A stretch of DNA of 64,000 bases. Source: an uncultured Actinomycetes bacterium (GTDB lineage Bacteria; Actinomycetota; UBA4738; HRBIN12). Position 1 is the first letter of the stretch. Every line of letters starts with the position of its first letter. Positions 46,080 through 54,266 of the stretch are shown here, piece by piece. The position numbers were made by a program, and so were the translations under genes. The stretch spans positions 960,001 through 1,024,000 of the forward strand of contig CAVPIB010000004.1 in assembly GCA_963704885.1 (NCBI GenBank). Reading direction: 5' to 3'. The notes under the pieces are model-generated. The model had not been told where the DNA came from. It did no database searches and saw only the letters and a list, made by a program, of their open reading frames with translations.

Positions 46080-47304
46080 TGACCCGCCCGCCCTTCAACA
46101 CGAATCGAACGTCCTCAAGCACCGACACGTCCTCCAGAGGATCGCCCTCGACCGCTATCAGGTCGGCCATCTGGCCGGGTGTGATCGACCCCACGCGGTC
46201 CTGCCATCCCATCAGCTCAGCGGCCACCAGCGTGGCGCTGCGGATCGCCTCGGCCGGTGTCTGACCAAGCCGGACCATATAGGCGAACTGCCGCGCGACG
46301 AACCGGTGCGGATAGACGCCGCTGTCGGTCCCGTATGCGATCTTCACGCCGGCCTTGACGGCCTTGGTGAATCCCTGGCGTTGTGCCTCCGTCGTCTCCT
46401 CGTTCTTGCGCATCACGTCGGCGGACCAACCGCCGCGCGCGCCCTCTTCGGCGATCCAGTCGCCGTCGTAGACGTCGGCCACCAGGTACGTGCCGTGGCT
46501 CGCCATCAGTTCGATCGACTCGTCGTCCATCAGCGAGCCGTGCTCGATCGAGCGGACGCCCGCCCGCACGGCGCGTTTGATGCCCTCGGCCCCATGCGCG
46601 TGCGCGGCGACGTGCGTGCCGATCAACCCGGCTTCCTGAACCGCCGCGCGGATCTCGTCCTCGCTGAACTCGGGCGCGCCGGGCGTGGTGCCCTCGGTCA
46701 GCACGGCGCCGGTCGCGATGACCTTGATGAAGTCCGCGCCACCGGCCAGGATGCGCCGGACCGCCCGGCGGACCTCGTCGATCGAGTTCGACACGCCGAA
46801 CCGCAGATCGATGGGCACGGTGGCGTCCACGTCGGGCGCCAAGCCGGTGACGTCTCCGCCACCCCCCGAGACCGTCACGTAGGCGCCGGCGCAAAGCATG
46901 CGCGGGCCTGGGGTGTCGCCCGCATCTATCGCGTCGCGCAGCGCGCAGTCCACGAAAGCTCTGAACGTGCCCACGTCGCGCACCGACGTGAAGCCGGCCT
47001 CGAGGGTCTCACGCGCGTTGCGCACCCCCGACATGGCCTCCTGCGCCGCGGTCCGCATCACGAGCCCCGCGTAGCCGAAGCCGGTCTCCATCTCTCCGAT
47101 CATGTGGGCGTGACAGTCGATCAGGCCTGGGAGGACGGTCAGGTCGCCGAGGTGGAGGATGCGGCTGGAGGTCTCTGCCGGCGCCTCTGACACCACGTCG
47201 ACTATGCGTTCGCCCTCGGTCACGATCACGCGGCCGGCAAGGAGTTCTCCGCGCTCGACGTCGAGCATATGTCCAGCGTGGATGAGGGTTCGTTCAGCGG
47301 TCAT
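46066..47304 (-). CDS. Amidohydrolase (Xaa-Pro dipeptidase-like)
   Basis: PGLIDCHAH, GFTSVRDVG, IKVIATG, AHAHG, SIEHG and GTDSG. Confidence 0.92.
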   Translation of the reverse strand: MTAERTLIHAGHMLDVERGELLAGRVIVTEGERIVDVVSEAPAETSSRILHLGDLTVLPGLIDCHAHMIGEMETGFGYAGLVMRTAAQEAMSGVRNARETLEAGFTSVRDVGTFRAFVDCALRDAIDAGDTPGPRMLCAGAYVTVSGGGGDVTGLAPDVDATVPIDLRFGVSNSIDEVRRAVRRILAGGADFIKVIATGAVLTEGTTPGAPEFSEDEIRAAVQEAGLIGTHVAAHAHGAEGIKRAVRAGVRSIEHGSLMDDESIELMASHGTYLVADVYDGDWIAEEGARGGWSADVMRKNEETTEAQRQGFTKAVKAGVKIAYGTDSGVYPHRFVARQFAYMVRLGQTPAEAIRSATLVAAELMGWQDRVGSITPGQMADLIAVEGDPLEDVSVLEDVRFVLKGGRVIKSG

Positions 47305-48098
47305 GGCGCGTCCGGCGGAGCATGTGGCCCGTGACGGACGGTCAGCGAGCCAAGCTCGGCGTCGATGAGCTCATACATCCGATCCCGATCGAACGACGGA
47401 TCGTGCCCGCCGAACACGCGCCGAACGGGAAGCTCGCGGAGCCTCCTCAGCGAGGACGACGCGGCGGCCGCATCGTCGAACCTCATGGGGCCGTCGTAGA
47501 GCGTGTCCCCGGTGAACAGCAGGCCCCGCCCACCGTCCCAGAGCGCCACGCTCCCGGGCGTGTGCCCAGGTACGTGGAGCACCTCCATCGTCTTGTCGCC
47601 CAGGTCCAGGATCTGTCCGTCCTCGACGAACGACGACGGCTCGGCGCCGGAGCTCACCCATGCATCCAGGTCGAAGTCGGCCGAGGGCACCGCGGCGAGG
47701 ATCGACTCCGGCACCGGCATCCCGTAGGAGGCGAACATCGCCTCGGCGCCCTCGGGGAAGTCGGCTCGCAGGACCTTCATCGGATAGGGCGAGCGGGTGT
47801 CCCCAGCGTCTGCCGCGTGGCAACGCCTGTCGTCGAACGCCGCCAGCCCCCCGACGTGATCGAAGTGGCAATGAGTCACGACCGTGATGACGGCTCGATC
47901 TCCGGAGAGCGACGCGATCTCGACGGACAGCTCGCCGAATCCATTCGCCGTATCGATGACCAGGTCCCTCTCGCTACCGCGCACGTGCCACACGTTGGAA
48001 GCGAGCAGAGGATCGGCGTGCGGCTCCGTGATCAGCGTGATGCCATCACCCATGTCTTCCTGATCGAACCACCTGTCCGCTACCGGGAGACTCGTCAC
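47301..48098 (-). CDS. Metallo-beta-lactamase-fold hydrolase
   Basis: THCHFDHVGG, PGHTPG, TGD and GGH. Confidence 0.9.
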   Translation of the reverse strand: MTSLPVADRWFDQEDMGDGITLITEPHADPLLASNVWHVRGSERDLVIDTANGFGELSVEIASLSGDRAVITVVTHCHFDHVGGLAAFDDRRCHAADAGDTRSPYPMKVLRADFPEGAEAMFASYGMPVPESILAAVPSADFDLDAWVSSGAEPSSFVEDGQILDLGDKTMEVLHVPGHTPGSVALWDGGRGLLFTGDTLYDGPMRFDDAAAASSSLRRLRELPVRRVFGGHDPSFDRDRMYELIDAELGSLTVRHGPHAPPDAP

Positions 48099-49354
48099 AC
48101 CAACCGCTCCGGGAAGAAGACCGCGGCCGCCGGCGGTCGCAGGCAGTGCTCCGACGTCATCGAGGCGTTATAGCTGCCCACGTTGATCGTCGCCACGATG
48201 TCTCCCTCCGCTACGTCGGGGAAGGGCATGTCCTCGGCGAAGATATCGTTCCCTTCGTTGATGTGTCCGCTGATCGTCACCGGGCTACCGGGGGGCGCGT
48301 CGGCCGCCCGGCATAGCACCACCTCCATCAGCGAACGGTAGATGAAGCGCTCGCCCAAGACGTTCCAGCCCACGTCCAAGCCCACGAACCGGACCCCGTC
48401 GCGGTCCTCCACCGTGACGACCTCGGCCAGGTTGACGGCGCACTCCTTGACCAGGAAGTCGCCCGGCTCGGTGCCGACCGCGACCCCGAGCGGACCCAGA
48501 TGCTCAGCCAAGATCGAGGCCCAGCGCGTGAGGTCGAGCGGGGCGTCACCCGTCCGCTGCGGTACGCCCAGGCCGCCGCCCGTGTTGACCTCAGCTATCG
48601 GGCACCCCTCGTCGAGCAAGGAACGGACCATGACCGCAACTCGAGTCACGACCTCCTCGAACACGGGCAACCCATCGTTCAGATAGCCGTCGCCGACGTG
48701 GAAGTGAACGGTGTCGATGGTCAGGTCATGTCCGCGCGCAACACGGAGGGCGTCCTCCAGGCGCTCGGGGAAGATCCCGAACTTGGTCGGGCGCGGACCT
48801 GAATAGAGCGTTCGATCGCCGCCCTCGAACCCTGCGCCGGCACGCGGATTGACACGAAGACCGATCGTTCGGCCCGGCGCCCGCCGCCCCACTCGCTCGA
48901 TCTGCGTGATCAGATCGACGTTCAGGTGCACGTCGGGGTGGGCCAGGATCACGTCCAGGTCTCGCTCGGACAGGTTGGTGCCGGTGTAGCTGATCTCATC
49001 CTGGCGCCAGCCGTACCGCAGTGCGTGCAGCAGCTCGCCGGGAGAGCACACGTCGATCCCAACGCTCTCGGGCTCGCCCGGAGCCCCCAGTCCCCGCATG
49101 AACCGAAGCACCTCGGGTTCGTGTTGGGCTTTCACGGCCAGCCTCACCCGTCCGTCCAGGTCGGCTCCCACGAATACCGTCTGCAGTGCGCGCGCCTGCT
49201 CCCCGATCCGGGTCAGGTCGTGGACGTAGACAGGGGTGCCGTGTTCACGCGCGATCGACTCGGCGTCTCGGCCGGCGATCGTCAGCCTACCGTCCCGGAC
49301 CTCAAGTCCGGGACGGGCCCACCACGCGCGCTGTTGGGTCTGGGCCTCCGGCAT
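48095..49354 (-). CDS. Fold-III PLP decarboxylase (diaminopimelate decarboxylase-like, divergent)
   Basis: HGTPVYV, AVKAQ, DVCSPGE, GLRVNP, TKFGI, HFHVG, GGG, EPG and GSY. INEGND replaces CESGD. Confidence 0.8.
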   Translation of the reverse strand: MPEAQTQQRAWWARPGLEVRDGRLTIAGRDAESIAREHGTPVYVHDLTRIGEQARALQTVFVGADLDGRVRLAVKAQHEPEVLRFMRGLGAPGEPESVGIDVCSPGELLHALRYGWRQDEISYTGTNLSERDLDVILAHPDVHLNVDLITQIERVGRRAPGRTIGLRVNPRAGAGFEGGDRTLYSGPRPTKFGIFPERLEDALRVARGHDLTIDTVHFHVGDGYLNDGLPVFEEVVTRVAVMVRSLLDEGCPIAEVNTGGGLGVPQRTGDAPLDLTRWASILAEHLGPLGVAVGTEPGDFLVKECAVNLAEVVTVEDRDGVRFVGLDVGWNVLGERFIYRSLMEVVLCRAADAPPGSPVTISGHINEGNDIFAEDMPFPDVAEGDIVATINVGSYNASMTSEHCLRPPAAAVFFPERLV

Positions 49355-49382
49355 GGAGGCCCAGACTACAGAACGCTCTGGG

Positions 49383-49871
49383 TCAAACCTCGACGGCGTC
49401 GGAGACCGCGGGCGCGTCGGCGGCCTCGCTGCCGGCGGCCAGGAAGTCACGCGATGATAGGAATGCACCTACCGTGGCCAGCACGCCGCCAAGGAACGAG
49501 ATCACCAATCCGGCCGCCGCCTGGACCGTGAACCGTGCCGCGGGGAGCCCGACCGCTTCGTCGATCCGCGTGAAGCCGAAGAGCGGCATCATCAGCAGGA
49601 ACGCCGCGCAGACGCTCATGAGCACGCCGAAGAGCCGGCGCATCACAGGGTCGTCGAGGAGGATGTAAGCACCGCCGAACGCGAAAGCGCCGAACGACGC
49701 CGCCAGCGCTATCGAGCCGGTCCAGTCGACCGTCCCCGAGAACGTGACCGTGAGCGTCTCGCCGTTCACGGGAACCGAGTACGCGAACCAGTGCGTAAGG
49801 ATACCGATGAACCCGACCAGGCCGCCGACGGCCACGCCGACGCCCGGATACGTGATCTTGCCAGCCTTCAT
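49383..49871 (-). CDS. Hypothetical membrane protein (about 4 TM)
   Basis: SD GGAGG before ATG 49871; four hydrophobic segments; typical codon usage. Confidence 0.7.
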   Translation of the reverse strand: MKAGKITYPGVGVAVGGLVGFIGILTHWFAYSVPVNGETLTVTFSGTVDWTGSIALAASFGAFAFGGAYILLDDPVMRRLFGVLMSVCAAFLLMMPLFGFTRIDEAVGLPAARFTVQAAAGLVISFLGGVLATVGAFLSSRDFLAAGSEAADAPAVSDAVEV

Positions 49872-49936
49872 GGTCCCTCCTGGGAGCCGAGGATTACCCA
49901 GTAGTTCTCGGCACGGGAGGGGGTAGCTCTTGACCC

Positions 49937-51118
49937 TCAGTGGTAGATGATGACCGGCGTTCCGATCGGGTCGCGCGCGAATACCCACAGCGTTACCCAG
50001 TACGGGAGCCGCACGCATCCGTGACTGGCCGCGTACGTAGGCACGTCCGTCCAGCCGTGGATCGCGCGTTCGCCGTCGAAGAAACTCGGGTAGTACAACC
50101 TCTTAGGACTGAAGCCCGCCAGCTTCGAGTAGACGTTGAACGTACCGTCGCGGGTGGGGGTCGAGGGCTTGCCGGTCGAGACGTGGATCATGGCGTCGAC
50201 CTTGCCGTCGCGAACGAGCGCCAGCACCTGGCGGGTCTGATCTACCTCGATGTGGAAACCGTCGGAGCGGACGCGCGGCACGAAGAGCTTCGGCGTGCCG
50301 AGGGCCCGCCACACCGCTGTGTTCACGTCCTGGGTCCGGGGAAGACGCTGCACCTTGCGGAACGCCATCACCGCGTCGGCCGTCCGGTAGTCGAAGACGT
50401 GGTCCACTCCGGCCAGGTGGTAGTGCAGCTGGACCAGGCGACGCTCCAACAACCTCACGAAGACCCCGCGCGCGCCCGACGACAGATCGGGCAGCGGCGT
50501 TACGGAAGGCGCGGTCGCGGCCCGGCCGGGTAACAGATCGGGGGGGTCCAGCACGGCCCGAGCCCGGTAGCTCCCGGCTCGGGGCACCCGGAACGTTGCC
50601 GAGAAACGACCATGCGCGTCCATGACCGGCCGCTTGGTTGCGACCACCGCGCCACCGTGTCGCAGCTCGATCGTCACGCGCTCGCCCTGGCGGATCGGCC
50701 GGAACGTGCCGCGCACCCTGACGTCGTCGAAGAGGCGGATCGCCCCCGCTCGCAGCGTCATGATCGGCCGGACGCCCACCGCGACCGGCGCGCTGTCGAC
50801 GCCTAGAGCCGAGGCGTGCACCACCAGGTTGGCCTTCGGCTGAACCTCCGCAGAGAAAGAGCCGCTCTGACCGGTCATGCCAGACGCCAGCTCGTTGCCG
50901 GATGCATCCAGGATCGCGATGGACTCGCCGACCAACGCGGGAACGGTGGAGGCCGTGAGCGTCACGTCCTCACCGAACGCGACCTCATCCGCGGACGCGG
51001 AGATCGTGACGCTAGATGCTCCGCCGGCCACGGCGGGCGCGAGAAGCGCAGGTGCCCACACGAGCGCCAGCACGGCGAGCAGGGCGACGGAGATCAGGGC
51101 CTTGGCGCGGGAAGACAT
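49937..51118 (-). CDS. Secreted L,D-transpeptidase (YkuD) with Ig-like and peptidoglycan-binding regions
   Basis: Signal peptide, TADAVMAFRKVQ, IEVDQTRQVL, HVSTG and AIHGW...SHGCVR. Confidence 0.88.
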   Translation of the reverse strand: MSSRAKALISVALLAVLALVWAPALLAPAVAGGASSVTISASADEVAFGEDVTLTASTVPALVGESIAILDASGNELASGMTGQSGSFSAEVQPKANLVVHASALGVDSAPVAVGVRPIMTLRAGAIRLFDDVRVRGTFRPIRQGERVTIELRHGGAVVATKRPVMDAHGRFSATFRVPRAGSYRARAVLDPPDLLPGRAATAPSVTPLPDLSSGARGVFVRLLERRLVQLHYHLAGVDHVFDYRTADAVMAFRKVQRLPRTQDVNTAVWRALGTPKLFVPRVRSDGFHIEVDQTRQVLALVRDGKVDAMIHVSTGKPSTPTRDGTFNVYSKLAGFSPKRLYYPSFFDGERAIHGWTDVPTYAASHGCVRLPYWVTLWVFARDPIGTPVIIYH

Positions 51119-51167
51119 CCAAGCCATGGTACGGAACACTCGGCCGAACGCGTGGAACAGATGGGAA

Positions 51168-52421
51168 CTAGAAGTACGTCGCGATCGCGTCCACGACCCG
51201 GTCCTCGTCGTCGAGCACCGGGATGACCCGCCACTTGTCGAACGCGGTGCAGGGGTGGCTCAGTCCGCACTCGACCAGGTCGCCCACCTCGAGCGTCAAC
51301 CCGGGATCGACCCGGCCGTACGCGTGTTGGTCGTTCAGCTCGTCGATCTCGATGAGCCCGCGCACGTCCCGGACCTCGCCGCCGGGCGAGCGCACGACCT
51401 GGGCGACGGGCATGTCCATGTCGAACGGCACGTCGCGCTTGCCGAAACCGAAGAGGGCCAAGGCGGGCTCTGGGCGAGAGAGCACCGACCCCCATAGCTC
51501 CATGGCCGGCTGGAACCCGCGTTCGCCGTCGCGGGCGGGTAGCGGCGAGACCCGCTCGTAGGTGCCAGAGTCGTGGGTGAGGTAGCAACCGGAACGCAGC
51601 ACCACGCGGACGTCGGCGTCGCCCGGCCACGGACCGCGCAGCCGATCGACCACGAGGTCGAAGAAAGCGCTGCCACCGGTGGTGAGGATGATCCGTTCGA
51701 CACCGTCGAAGCTGCCGGCGTCGATAACGGTACGCGTGAGCTCCTGAAGCGTATCCAGGTAGGCGAGCACCGGAGCCAGACACTCCGGGGAGCGGTCGTG
51801 ACAGATTGTCCCCTCGTAGCCGGCCACGCCCGCCAGGTGCAGCACGTCGGACGACGCCACACGCCCGGCGATGTGCACGGCCTCCGGGATGGTCCGGCAA
51901 CCGGTTCGACCACCCTCGAACCCCAGCTCGACCAGCACGGACAGCGGCCGCTCAGCGTGCCCGTCGCGGAGCTGTGCCTCCAAGATGTCGACGCCGCGAT
52001 CGGAGTCGACATAACACAGGAAGGAGAACGTCGGGTCGGCGAGTTGCGCGGCCACCCAGTCGATCGACACCGGGTCGACCAGTTCGTTCGCGAGCAGGAT
52101 CGTCGGCACCTCCGCCGCGCGCATCACGCGCGCCTGCGTGACGGTGGCCGCGGTCATCCCCCAGGCGCCGGCAGCGAGCTGCCGGCCCCAGAGCTGCGGC
52201 GCCATGGTGGTCTTGCCGTGCGGCGCGATGTCCACGCCCCAGGCCCGACAGAACTCGTGCATCAACGCCAGGTTGTGCGCGAGCGCACGCTCGCGGAGCA
52301 CCATGACGGGGGTCGGTAGATCGCGGAGCGTCCACCCGCGACCCGCGACGTCGGAGAGCGCCACCGGCTCGTCGACCGCCGGGAACCCCTTCGTGCCGAT
52401 GTCGATGCGAACGATCTCGAT
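51168..52421 (-). CDS. D-serine dehydratase / D-threonine aldolase-like PLP enzyme (alanine racemase fold)
   Basis: IAPHGKTTMAPQL, GRTGCR, GYEG, GGSAFFD, RSGCYLTHD, LNDQH and SHPCTAFDKW. Conserved-looking IDIGTKGFP lies upstream of the ORF-track start 52364, so the start was extended to the in-frame ATC at 52421. Confidence 0.85.
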   Translation of the reverse strand: MEIVRIDIGTKGFPAVDEPVALSDVAGRGWTLRDLPTPVMVLRERALAHNLALMHEFCRAWGVDIAPHGKTTMAPQLWGRQLAAGAWGMTAATVTQARVMRAAEVPTILLANELVDPVSIDWVAAQLADPTFSFLCYVDSDRGVDILEAQLRDGHAERPLSVLVELGFEGGRTGCRTIPEAVHIAGRVASSDVLHLAGVAGYEGTICHDRSPECLAPVLAYLDTLQELTRTVIDAGSFDGVERIILTTGGSAFFDLVVDRLRGPWPGDADVRVVLRSGCYLTHDSGTYERVSPLPARDGERGFQPAMELWGSVLSRPEPALALFGFGKRDVPFDMDMPVAQVVRSPGGEVRDVRGLIEIDELNDQHAYGRVDPGLTLEVGDLVECGLSHPCTAFDKWRVIPVLDDEDRVVDAIATYF

Positions 52422-52454
52422 ACGGCGAGGGTAGCAGCGCCCCTTGGCCTGACG

Positions 52455-52490
52455 CGATGAGCGCGCCCCCGAGAGGGAGCGCGCTCATCG
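52455..52490. terminator. Long hairpin downstream of the secreted-protein gene
   Basis: CGATGAGCGCGC...GCGCGCTCATCG 12-bp stem extended by ccc-GAGA-ggg. Confidence 0.6.
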
Positions 52491-52504
52491 AGGATCGAAA
52501 GGCG

Positions 52505-52891
52505 CTACTGGGGCACGCCGTCGACGAGCTCGATCACCCGGCTCCGGCCTCGCATGCAGTCGGGCGTCGCCTTGGCCTTGGCGAAGAAGAATCCGTCGCG
52601 CAGGCCCGTGTTCCCCATCGACCACACGCCAACCCGGCCTTGCTGCTCCGACGTGTCTGAGTTGCCCGTACGTTGGAACGGACCGTCGGCGCTGTCGGAC
52701 ATGAAGAGCCGCACGAGGCGTTCCCCGCGGCACCCGGGATCCGGGCTCTTGACCTTGCCGTGGAAATCGCCGTTGGGACCCTTGATCGTCACGATCGTCC
52801 TGGCGGCGGTACCCGCCGTGGCGAGCCCTGTGAACATCAGCGAACTCGCCGCGACGACCGCGACGAGCAGGAACGCCAACCTCGTCTTCAT
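52505..52891 (-). CDS. Small secreted hypothetical protein with two Cys
   Basis: SD GGAG, Sec signal MKTRLAFLLVAVVAASSLMFTGLATA and a beta-rich mature region. Confidence 0.75.
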   Translation of the reverse strand: MKTRLAFLLVAVVAASSLMFTGLATAGTAARTIVTIKGPNGDFHGKVKSPDPGCRGERLVRLFMSDSADGPFQRTGNSDTSEQQGRVGVWSMGNTGLRDGFFFAKAKATPDCMRGRSRVIELVDGVPQ

Positions 52892-52969
52892 CCAAACTCC
52901 TTCCGGGGGCAGACGCCCGCACTGAACCACTGGGCGTGAACAACAGTCAAGCTGGCTACTCGCGGCTCC

Positions 52970-53046
52970 TGGTGGAGGTGAGGGGATTCGAACCCCTGAC
53001 CTCTGCCGTGCGAGGGCAGCGCTCTACCGGGCTGAGCTACACCCCC
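52970..53046 (-). tRNA. tRNA-Ala(CGC)
   Basis: GGGGGTGTAGCTCAGCCCGGTAGAGCGCTGCCCTCGCACGGCAGAGGTCAGGGGTTCGAATCCCCTCACCTCCACCA: G3:U70 pair, anticodon CGC, TTCGAAT T-loop and encoded CCA. Confidence 0.97.
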
Positions 53047-53087
53047 AGGAATTGGTCAGCGTAGCAAAGGGGTACGTCGCGGCCGAG

Positions 53088-53672
53088 CTAGGCGCCGGCC
53101 AGGTCGCCGCCGGCCCGAACGACCACATGAACGCGGTCCCCTTCACCCACCGAGCCCAGACCGTTGAACGTCGGACGCGCCCACCCGTTCATGCTGTCCA
53201 CCACGTAGCGGGGGACTGCGGTGACCGGAGTCTTCACGCGCGCTGGGGCCCTGGCGGCCTGGGCCCTCTCGCGTGGATCGACGCCCTCGCGGTGCTTGAT
53301 CGAGAGCAGTAGCCAGACGTAGAGCAGCAGCAGAGCCCCGAACACAGCCGTGAGCGTCCAGACGACGCGGAGTGGAGGAACCAGTCCGATCAGGAACGTC
53401 AACCCGATCGATTCGAGCAGGAACACCAACACCTTGCGGCGTCGCTCGCGGACCCGCGCTCGCCGTCGCTCCGCGGCCCCGACGAACCGGGCTCCCTTTC
53501 GGGGGGTGACGATCCAGCGCCCCTGACTGCCTTGAGCCTCCACGTGCGCCAACAACTCCATCCTGCGTTCGAAATCCTCGACGCTACGCGCCGCGGTGTG
53601 CCGCCGACGGTCGGTCGGCAGGAGGAACGCCACCCACATGATGCCCAAAGCGCCTAGGAGCAGCCAATCCAC
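53088..53672 (-). CDS. GlpR/SepX-like three-TM membrane protein
   Basis: N-terminal TM, SVEDFERRMELL and a basic RRRK before two TMs. Occupies the glpR/sepX position between tRNA-Ala and glp/moeA-galU. Confidence 0.6.
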   Translation of the reverse strand: MDWLLLGALGIMWVAFLLPTDRRRHTAARSVEDFERRMELLAHVEAQGSQGRWIVTPRKGARFVGAAERRRARVRERRRKVLVFLLESIGLTFLIGLVPPLRVVWTLTAVFGALLLLYVWLLLSIKHREGVDPRERAQAARAPARVKTPVTAVPRYVVDSMNGWARPTFNGLGSVGEGDRVHVVVRAGGDLAGA

Positions 53673-53706
53673 GCGCCCGCCTCCTGCCTGATGATCCCCG
53701 GTTCAG

Positions 53707-53753
53707 ACACAACATCTAGGCTGGCTCTGGAACGTAGCACCCACATATGGGGT
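53707..53753. promoter_or_regulatory. Tandem NrdR-like boxes
   Basis: ACACAACATCTAGGCT (53707-53722) and CACCCACATATGGGGT (53738-53753), 31-bp period; both fit acaCwAtATaTwGtgt. Confidence 0.65.
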
Positions 53754-53813
53754 GGGAAAGCACATCGATGTGATTTTAGGAACTAATGCACAAGCGGGCT
53801 GGCGCGGAGGCGG

Positions 53814-54263
53814 CTACTCCGCCCGGTAGTCGCCGGACTTGCCGCCGGATTTCGCCAGCAGGCGCAACCCGTCGATCCGCGCGGCGCGATCGTAGGCCTT
53901 GGCCGTGTCGTACAGGCTGAGCGCGGCCACGGCCGCCGCGGTTAGCGCCTCCATCTCCACGCCCGTGCGGTCGTTCGCGCGCACGGTGGTCTCCACACGG
54001 ATGAGGCCGGTCGCGGGGTCGGGCGAGACCACCACCTCGGCGCCCGTCACTGCGATCGGGTGGCAGAACGGGAGCAGGTCGGGCGTGCGCTTCACGCCCA
54101 TCACCCCGGCGATCCTGGCGGCCTCGATCGGGTTGCCCTTCGGGGTGCCGGCTACCAGCTGCGCGCAGGCCTCGGGAGTCATGGTTATCACGCACTCGGC
54201 GGTGGCCTGGCGCTTGGTGACCGCCTTCTCGCCCACCTCCACGATCCGCGCCCGGTCACTCAC
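53814..54263 (-). CDS. moaC: Cyclic pyranopterin monophosphate synthase
   Basis: ARIAGVMGVKRTPDLLPFCHP, TGVEMEALTA and KSGGKSG. Confidence 0.95.
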   Translation of the reverse strand: MSDRARIVEVGEKAVTKRQATAECVITMTPEACAQLVAGTPKGNPIEAARIAGVMGVKRTPDLLPFCHPIAVTGAEVVVSPDPATGLIRVETTVRANDRTGVEMEALTAAAVAALSLYDTAKAYDRAARIDGLRLLAKSGGKSGDYRAE

Positions 54264-54266
54264 GAC

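Noticed and set aside
52505-53046. Integrative element at tRNA-Ala
   Set aside because: No integrase and no convincing duplicate of the tRNA 3' end; the short TGGAGGTGAGG match near 31730 lies inside RHS coding sequence.
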